Shown one piece after another: positions 57,686-64,000 of a stretch of 64,000 nucleotides of DNA. The position numbers were made by a program, and so were the translations under genes. Origin of the DNA: Dehalococcoidia bacterium (GTDB taxonomy: Bacteria > Chloroflexota > Dehalococcoidia > Lucifugimonadales > Lucifugimonadaceae); the NCBI GenBank assembly GCA_965267175.1, contig OZ253938.1:627740-691739 (forward strand), given 5' to 3'. Every line of letters starts with the position of its first letter. Position 1 is the stretch's first letter. The notes under the pieces were generated by a model. It had not been told where the DNA came from and did no database searches. It was given only the letters and a program-made list of their open reading frames with translations.

Positions 57686-58261
57686 ATGGTTGATCGGTTC
57701 CGTTCTCGTTCGATGGTGTTCACGATCCTGTTTTCTGTTCTCGTTGTCGCCTTAGTTGCCTGTGGCTCAGATGACGGCGATTCGAGATCCGATGGCGGCG
57801 GCAGTGGCGTTGGCTCCGGTGGAGCTGGACCCAGCAGGACGGTCCTGGACAACGGTCGTACGTACACGGTAGAGGACATCAAGTCGACCGGCGCCAAGAC
57901 GCCCAAGCAGTACGATGTGACCGATCTGCCTGGCGCTATCGACGCCTGGAACGCTCTGCTGAACCAGAAAGAGTACGAGGCTCGCTTCTACGCCTCGCAT
58001 GCGGATGCCGTTTCAATGGGAACCAGCTGGGCGGAGTCTGTCTCAGGCGAGGACGCCCAGGTTGTCGGTGACTCTGTGCTGTGGGACGAGGGCGCAAAGG
58101 ACCGCCGCCAGTGCAACAGGAGCGTTGCACACTCCGGCTGCAACTACACGGCTCGCTACGGCGACTTCGTGATCCTGGGCAACATGGTGCTGCTCTGTGA
58201 GGGCAAGGACGCCGAAGAGGCGGTGCAGACCTGTAACGTCATGACCGAGCTGATGGGATAG
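57686..58261 (+). CDS. small lipoprotein, same family, copy 4
   Basis: Lipobox ALVAC-GSDDG. Motifs PKQYDVTDLPGA, YEARFYASHADAV, SGEDAQ, DRRQC...C..RYGDFVILGNMVLLCEG...TC. Confidence 0.7.
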   Translation: MVDRFRSRSMVFTILFSVLVVALVACGSDDGDSRSDGGGSGVGSGGAGPSRTVLDNGRTYTVEDIKSTGAKTPKQYDVTDLPGAIDAWNALLNQKEYEARFYASHADAVSMGTSWAESVSGEDAQVVGDSVLWDEGAKDRRQCNRSVAHSGCNYTARYGDFVILGNMVLLCEGKDAEEAVQTCNVMTELMG

Positions 58262-58413
58262 CTCTCCGGGCGTTTTCGTCCCTATCACGGACGACTCCAC
58301 TTTTCGGGTGATGAAGAACTCTCCTCAGACCCCGCTTCATCAGCTTAGATCTTGGATCGTCCGCGGCTGAGGCTGCAGTCCAGGCGTTAAGTTCTCAGCA
58401 GGAGCCGTCAGTC

Positions 58414-58442
58414 GTCATTCTGAACTCGATTCAGAATCTCTC
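58414..58442 (+). repeat. 29-nt hairpin element, copy 2 (GTCATTCTGAACTCGATTCAGAATCTCTC)
   Basis: One mismatch to the copy at 38795-38823. Intergenic position. Confidence 0.8.
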
Positions 58443-58620
58443 GCTCCGTCGGTAGGCTCAGGGTAGGAGCCCTACTCTTCGATCAGTCTCCTGCTGCCTA
58501 CGCTCACAGCTCCAACAACAGTTAGCTAATCCAAAGCGAGCCGAACGGCTGGTAAGCGTGCCCCGGGATACCCTCCGCGATCTGAATAACGATCACCGCT
58601 CGGCTGCACCCGGTTCTGTC

Positions 58621-58680
58621 AAAAGTCGTAAAAAGCAAAGACCCCGCCGGAGTTGCCTCCAGCGGGGTCCTCGTTTTTCG
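58621..58680. terminator. bidirectional Rho-independent terminator
   Basis: Stem GACCCCGC (58640-58647) / GCGGGGTC (58662-58669). It is followed by CTCGTTTTTCG on the plus strand and preceded by AAAAGTCGTAAAAAGCAAA, which gives a U-tract on the minus strand. It lies 29 nt past the stop of the SBP gene. Confidence 0.6.
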
Positions 58681-58697
58681 TCTTGCTTCGAAGCTGT

Positions 58698-60575
58698 CTA
58701 GTTGACTGCCTCGATGCTGTGCAGCACCAGCGACCACGTGAGGTGCCATGAGGCCTCGTTCACGTATCCGCTCGTGTCTGTGCCCTGCGGCCAGTTCGTC
58801 CAGCGCGCCTCGTTCATCACGATGCGGTGGTAGAACTCAAGGATCGGAACGTCTGGCAGCTCTTCGAGCCAGATCTCCATAGCTTCCTTGTAGAGCTCAA
58901 TCACAGCAGCCTGGTCGTCAGGCGAGGTCTTTGCGACTTCGTCTGTCAGGCGGTCCCACTCGGCGTTCTCCCAGTGGTAGAAGTTCACCTGGTGTCCACC
59001 CGGGATGTTTACCGAAGCGGACTGGTAGAGCTTCATCGTGAAGTACGGGTCACGGACCGATCCGCCGTGGCCGAACATCAGGCACTCGAAGTTGCCTTCA
59101 GCCATTCGGCTGGAAGCATCCGGTGGCTGGATGTAGCTGGCGTTGATACCGGCCTGCCGCAACTGCTCAGCCGTGATAGGACCGAGGTCAACCCATGGGC
59201 TGAACCCGATGATCTCACAGTTGATCGTGTTGCCCTGTGCGTCTGCCCAGAGGCCGTCAGAGTTCTTGGTGAACCCTGCGCCCGTCAGGAGAGCGTCACC
59301 CTCGGCAGGGTCGTGCTCCAGCGTGTCATACGTCTCAAGCAGAGGCGCAATAGCGTCGAAGTACGGCTGCAGCGGCGGGTACTGCGGCATGGTCAGCGGG
59401 TTGAACGCCGCTGCACCGTCGTAAGCCACCTGTCTCAACTCTTCCCTGTCAAGGTACTTGCTGAACGCCCAGCGAACGTCCGGGTTGTCGTACGGGCCGA
59501 ACTTACCGGAGTTGTTGAACGCAAGCGAAACAGGCCACCAGTCAACGTAACCCAGCGGGTTTTCGGTACCGGTGTGCGTGATGAGGTCTGAGTTCCTGCT
59601 GAGCACGTCAGCGATAACAGCCGGCGTGGTCATGGAGGAGTAGTCAACCTGGTCAGCGATAAGGGCCTGCGCGCGTGCCGTCTGGTCCGGAGTTGGCAGA
59701 TAGATGATCCGCTCTGGCTCCGGCAGCTTGGCGTACTGACCGAGGTCAGACTGACCTTCACCCCACCATGAGTCTCGTCGGTCGATGACCTTCTGCTCCG
59801 GCGTGCCGGAGACAACCTGCCACGGACCTGTCGAGAGTGGGAAGCCCTTTGATGGGTCGAAGTCCTTGAACGTCGTCCAGTCCTGACCGTTGTAGTGGTG
59901 CTCAGGAACCATGTAGACGCCGATGTCGAACTTGTACGTCAGCAGGAACATGAACCGTGGGTCCGGGCGGTCCAGGAACACCTTCACCTGGTGGCTGCCC
60001 GTCTTCTCGGCCCTGTTCATTGCGTTGTCAACGTCTGTACCCCAGCGGACCTGCTCTTTGAGGTCCTTAAGAGTGTTCAGCGTGTAGACAACGTCATCTG
60101 CGTTGAACTCTTCACCGTCACTCCAGTTAACACCCTGGCGAAGGTTGATGGTGAGTTCAGTGAAGTCGTCGTTGAAGGACCAGTCCGTGGCAAGCCATGG
60201 AATGGTCTCGTCAGCGAAGGCGCTGAAGAACGCCAGTGGCTCGAAGATGATATTCGGGCCTGACTGGTGGTTTGCGCCAATGGCATAGGGGTTCCAGAGT
60301 TCGTGGTCAACGAAACGGCCCTCTGCGCCACCGAGGTAGCTGATAAGGGTCTTGTTTCGGTCGATATCACGACCCGCGGGGATAACGTCTGTAGCTCCTG
60401 AAGAGCCACCGCCCCCGTCTGAGGAACCTCCGTCAGTGGCCGCGCCACCACCGTCAGATGACCCGCCGCCGTCACCGGAGTCGGCCGGTTCATCGCTGCT
60501 ACCACAGGCGATGGCCGCCATCATGGCCATTGCTAGCAGTGCAAGCAAGATTCCTCTGTATCGATAAAGATTCAC
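58698..60575 (-). CDS. ABC transporter substrate-binding lipoprotein, family 5 (peptide/nickel)
   Basis: 625 aa, GTG start with a GGAGG SD. Lipobox AAIAC-GSS followed by an (S/D/G)-rich linker. SBP_bac_5-like body. Confidence 0.9.
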   Translation of the reverse strand: MNLYRYRGILLALLAMAMMAAIACGSSDEPADSGDGGGSSDGGGAATDGGSSDGGGGSSGATDVIPAGRDIDRNKTLISYLGGAEGRFVDHELWNPYAIGANHQSGPNIIFEPLAFFSAFADETIPWLATDWSFNDDFTELTINLRQGVNWSDGEEFNADDVVYTLNTLKDLKEQVRWGTDVDNAMNRAEKTGSHQVKVFLDRPDPRFMFLLTYKFDIGVYMVPEHHYNGQDWTTFKDFDPSKGFPLSTGPWQVVSGTPEQKVIDRRDSWWGEGQSDLGQYAKLPEPERIIYLPTPDQTARAQALIADQVDYSSMTTPAVIADVLSRNSDLITHTGTENPLGYVDWWPVSLAFNNSGKFGPYDNPDVRWAFSKYLDREELRQVAYDGAAAFNPLTMPQYPPLQPYFDAIAPLLETYDTLEHDPAEGDALLTGAGFTKNSDGLWADAQGNTINCEIIGFSPWVDLGPITAEQLRQAGINASYIQPPDASSRMAEGNFECLMFGHGGSVRDPYFTMKLYQSASVNIPGGHQVNFYHWENAEWDRLTDEVAKTSPDDQAAVIELYKEAMEIWLEELPDVPILEFYHRIVMNEARWTNWPQGTDTSGYVNEASWHLTWSLVLHSIEAVN

Positions 60576-61012
60576 TATTGCTACCTCCGTCAGGGGCTGC
60601 TGTGACGAAAAATGTCGACCACAGATATCTCCCGAAGACTGGATCGCCTTCGATTAGCGGGCATTTTTATAACGAATCAGGTAACCAGTCAAGCGAAGAC
60701 GGCAGATGGCGCAAGTAGGAATTGATCTGGCGCGAATTGCCCGGTTGCAACCCTGCTGCCCAGTCAGCTCGGTGTTCCCTCCACCGTCAGCCCGCTTCTT
60801 AGTAGGATGGCGAAATTTGACAATTGCCCCACCGCAGACGGTATGATTCGCCGTCACTTGGCACGGTTGAGGGACCGGCGCAGGATTCCGGCGCGTCTTT
60901 AGGCTTGTTGCCTGAACCCACACAGAAATCCTGCTGCGATTGCGATTGGCTTGATTCGGCTTAGATCGGGAATATCTGGCAACCGCCACAGCGGCGTTCA
61001 ACGACAGGACAT

Positions 61013-62128
61013 GTGATGTCAACAGCAGCCGACACACCCTCCACACCCGGTGACGAGGGGCTTGAGCCGAGCAGCCGGTTAGATCTCCTCAGGGAGGCTG
61101 GATTTCTCGCTGTAGCGCTCGCGATCTATCGCAGCTACGTGTTCCGCAGGTTCATCTTCCTGCTGTTCGTGATCTGGATCGCAGCCACCGTTATCTTCAT
61201 CATCCCTCGCCTCTCCGGTCAGGACCCTGTCAAAGAGAAGCTCCTGCTGGAGGCCCAGCGCGGTGGCGCAATCCAGAGCGGTCTCGACGCTGTTGCCAAG
61301 AGCTACCAGGCAAGACTTGGACTGGACCGGCCGTTGCTCACCCAGTACGGCAACTTCATGTACGACATCGTCCGGTTCGATCTCGGCCCTTCGATCTCAT
61401 TTTTCCCAAGGTCGGTCAACTCGATCATCGCCGACTCCATCATCTGGAGCATCGGTCTTATAGGAACGACGATCATCCTGGGGTTCTCTATAGGCACCCT
61501 CGCGGGCGCCTACTTAGGCTGGCCAAAAGCTCCCGGCTATGTTGGCTTCTTATTTATGCCGTTCTTAACGATTTCGGCCATACCTCAGTACCTGGCCGGA
61601 ATCATCCTCGTGTTCATCTTCTCGGCACAGCTCGAGTGGTTACCACTCTTCGGACCATATGAGCCGGGTACCACCCCGGAGTGGTCGATCGGCTTCATCA
61701 TCGAACTGCTGAGGCACGCGCTGCTTCCTGCTCTGGCGCTGGTGCTTAGCGCGGTCGGCTTCTGGGCTGTTGGCATGCGCGGCATGATGATCAACAACCA
61801 GGGCGAAGACTTCATGATCCAGGCCGAAGCGAAAGGCCTGAAGGGAAGGCGGATCTTCTTCCGTTACGGAGTGAGGAACGCGATGCTTCCCCAGGTGACA
61901 GGCCTGGCCCTGGCGCTTGGAACGCTGCTCACTGGAGCGCTTCTGATCGAGCGGGTGTTCGTGTACCCCGGACTTGGCGACATTCTTTTCCAGGCCATCC
62001 GGCTCTCTGACTTCTTTGTGATTCGCGGAATCGTGTTCACCATCATCGTGATGGTGGCTGTGGCCACGTTCCTGCTAGATGTCTTCTACCCGTACCTCGA
62101 TCCTCGAGTGAAGTACTCCCGGAGCTAA
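61013..62128 (+). CDS. ABC transporter permease (OppB/DppB-type)
   Basis: 371 aa, 6 TM helices, EAA-loop region AEAKGLKGRRIFFRYGVRNAMLP. Confidence 0.9.
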   Translation: MMSTAADTPSTPGDEGLEPSSRLDLLREAGFLAVALAIYRSYVFRRFIFLLFVIWIAATVIFIIPRLSGQDPVKEKLLLEAQRGGAIQSGLDAVAKSYQARLGLDRPLLTQYGNFMYDIVRFDLGPSISFFPRSVNSIIADSIIWSIGLIGTTIILGFSIGTLAGAYLGWPKAPGYVGFLFMPFLTISAIPQYLAGIILVFIFSAQLEWLPLFGPYEPGTTPEWSIGFIIELLRHALLPALALVLSAVGFWAVGMRGMMINNQGEDFMIQAEAKGLKGRRIFFRYGVRNAMLPQVTGLALALGTLLTGALLIERVFVYPGLGDILFQAIRLSDFFVIRGIVFTIIVMVAVATFLLDVFYPYLDPRVKYSRS

Positions 62129-62129
62129 C

Positions 62130-63068
62130 ATGGCATCTGCAGACACGCCAATCGAGTCCGCAACCGCGCCCCAGCCTGAGATCCCTGAGAGCGGCTGGTC
62201 TGAGTTCTACGAGAACCGGTTGCAGCCGATCATTCAGTACGCGAAGCGGAACCCCCCACTGATCGTGGGCATCGTTCTGCTCGCGAGCCTGCTCATATTC
62301 GTTGGCATCGGACACCTTTTCTACGACCACGAACGGTTCCGGCCGCTTTCGGTCCCGACGCGTGAAGCGCCGTCCTGGGAGTATCCGTTCGGCACAGACA
62401 CCCAGGGTCGTGACCTGTTTGCAGTCGCGATCAGGGGAACAGTGCTCACACTCCGAATCGGACTGATCGCGGGTGCGGTTGCGGTTGTCGTGGGAACAAT
62501 CCTTGCGTTCGTCGCCGCCTACTACAGAGGGTGGGCGGACGCGCTGGTCAGGGTCTTTGTTGACGTCGGCCTGACTATTCCGCCGCTGCTGATCCTGATC
62601 CTGATCGCCATCAACACTTCCGAACCGTTAACGGTCGACCAGATGGGATTGGCGATATCTATTGTGGCGTGGGTGTTCCCCGCCAGGACCATCCGAGCCC
62701 AGGTTCTTGTCCTTAGAGAACGCTCCTATGTGGAGATAGCGCGCCTCTCGGGCACCAGTGGCCTGGCGATCATCTTCAAGGAGATGATGCCGAACCTGTT
62801 GCCGTATATCACGGCCAGTTTCGTCACTTCGGTGGCCGCAGGAATCCTGGCATCGATCGGACTCGAGGCCATCGGCCTGGGTATCTTCTCCGCTCCCACG
62901 CTCGGCATGACGATCTACTGGAACATCCAGTTCTCGTCGATCATTCTCGGCATGTGGTGGTGGTGGCTGCCGCCGATCATCACCATCATCATCGTGTTCG
63001 TTGGCCTGTTCATGATCTCGGCCGGCCTGGATGAGTGGTCTAACCCGAGACTGAGGAAATCAGTTTGA
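62130..63068 (+). CDS. ABC transporter permease (OppC/DppC-type)
   Basis: 312 aa, starting 1 nt after the preceding permease. Motifs GTDTQGRDLF and ARLSGTSGLAIIFKEMMPN. Confidence 0.9.
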   Translation: MASADTPIESATAPQPEIPESGWSEFYENRLQPIIQYAKRNPPLIVGIVLLASLLIFVGIGHLFYDHERFRPLSVPTREAPSWEYPFGTDTQGRDLFAVAIRGTVLTLRIGLIAGAVAVVVGTILAFVAAYYRGWADALVRVFVDVGLTIPPLLILILIAINTSEPLTVDQMGLAISIVAWVFPARTIRAQVLVLRERSYVEIARLSGTSGLAIIFKEMMPNLLPYITASFVTSVAAGILASIGLEAIGLGIFSAPTLGMTIYWNIQFSSIILGMWWWWLPPIITIIIVFVGLFMISAGLDEWSNPRLRKSV

Positions 63069-64000
63069 CGACAGCTACTCCAGCGCCAACAGAGGCGATG
63101 CGATCGAACATCTCGGATGAAGTGGCGCTTCGGGTCGAAGACCTGAAGGTCTACTACGAGACTCCACGCGGAACGGTTAAGGCTGTGGACGGCCTGACGT
63201 TCTCTCTTAAACAGGGTGAACGGTTTGCGCTTGTTGGCGAGTCGGGCTCTGGAAAGAGCACACTGGCCATGGGACTCATGCGCCTGACCCGGCCTCCGGG
63301 CCACATCGCAGGCGGCAGAGCACTGCTGCATGGCACAGACCTGATCGGTCTTGATGAGGAAGAGATGCGGAAGGTACGCCTTTCGCAGATGGCGCTGGTT
63401 CCACAGGGTGCGATGAACTCGCTGAACCCTGTCATGCGCGTTGGCGCGCAGATCGCTGACGGCATCATCGACCACCTGCCAGAAGGCGAGAAGAAGCCTT
63501 CCAAGCAAGAGATGAACGACCGTGTGCTCGGCCTGCTTGACAGGGTGGGCCTTCAGCCGCTGGTCGCACGCCTGTTCCCGCATGAGTTGAGTGGAGGTAT
63601 GAAACAGCGTGTCGCGATGGCGATCGGCATATCTCTAAACCCGTCTGTGATCATTGCGGACGAGCCAACAAGTGCGCTGGACGTGATCGTGCAACGCCAG
63701 ATCATGCAGACGCTTGGTCGATTGCAGGAGGGACTGAACGCAGCGGTCATCCTCGTTGGCCACGACATGGGCTTGGTAGCGCAGTTCGCAGACACAGTCG
63801 GCGTTATGTACGCAGGCAAGTTGGTTGAGGTGGCGCCCGTCAGGACGATGTTCAAGAACCCTCTTCACGCCTACCCGCGGCTGCTGATCGACAGCATCCC
63901 GACGATGGACGTCAAGAAGAGGCTTGTCGGCATCCCGGGCATGCAGCCTTCACTGCTCAACCTGCCTCCGGGCGATCCGTTCGCACCGAGGTCACCGCTC
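63065..64000 (+). CDS. ABC transporter ATP-binding protein (OppD/DppD-type), 3'-truncated by window edge
   Basis: Absent from the ORF track because there is no stop in the window. The TTG at 63065 overlaps the upstream TGA and follows a GAGGA SD; an alternative ATG is at 63098. Walker A GESGSGKST, signature LSGGMKQRV and Walker B IIADEPTSALD. Confidence 0.85.
   Translation, partial: MTTATPAPTEAMRSNISDEVALRVEDLKVYYETPRGTVKAVDGLTFSLKQGERFALVGESGSGKSTLAMGLMRLTRPPGHIAGGRALLHGTDLIGLDEEEMRKVRLSQMALVPQGAMNSLNPVMRVGAQIADGIIDHLPEGEKKPSKQEMNDRVLGLLDRVGLQPLVARLFPHELSGGMKQRVAMAIGISLNPSVIIADEPTSALDVIVQRQIMQTLGRLQEGLNAAVILVGHDMGLVAQFADTVGVMYAGKLVEVAPVRTMFKNPLHAYPRLLIDSIPTMDVKKRLVGIPGMQPSLLNLPPGDPFAPRSPL

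Noticed and set aside
58827-59591. 254-aa plus-strand ORF
   Set aside because: It is antisense to the family-5 substrate-binding protein gene.
62915-63583. 222-aa minus-strand ORF
   Set aside because: It is antisense to the OppC-type permease and the ABC ATPase (Walker A and signature motifs lie on the plus strand).
1-64000. Scan for defence systems, toxin-antitoxin pairs, mobile elements, prophage, tRNA and rRNA
   Set aside because: I saw no nuclease, helicase, methylase, reverse-transcriptase, integrase or transposase motifs. I saw no tRNA-like T-arm sequences and no rRNA. The window looks like core or accessory chromosome rather than an island.

Overview
High-GC, gene-dense chromosomal segment with about 58 protein genes on both strands and one structured RNA. 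I found no rRNA, tRNA, CRISPR array, transposase, integrase, phage gene or recognisable defence gene. Housekeeping genes are ispE, rsmA, a large SRP RNA missing from the ORF track, galU and lepA. The rest is accessory catabolism (MDR, SDR, AKR, GMC and Gfo/Idh/MocA oxidoreductases, an enolase-superfamily enzyme, an HpcH aldolase, an M81 peptidase, three MFS transporters) and envelope functions (many lipoproteins, an MBOAT operon, an ASPIC/FG-GAP protein, a peptide ABC transporter). Paralogy is heavy: DUF4432 x2, PAL-like x2, AKR x2, USP x2, MFS_3 x2, OppB x2, and a small lipoprotein family x5. The Alu-domain SRP RNA, the REP-like hairpin elements and this gene content suggest a Chloroflexota (SAR202-like) heterotroph, but that is inference. 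No clear-cut new system is proven. The best candidates for undescribed biology are: (1) a five-member cysteine-containing lipoprotein family (four genes in tandem) between an MBOAT/SGNH/SMP-30 operon and a peptide ABC transporter; (2) a tandem pair of cytoplasmic homologues of peptidyl-alpha-hydroxyglycine alpha-amidating lyase inside a compact catabolic cluster; (3) two genes whose conserved N-terminal helices lie upstream of any ATG/GTG/TTG. All functional calls rest on motif recognition by eye, without database searches.
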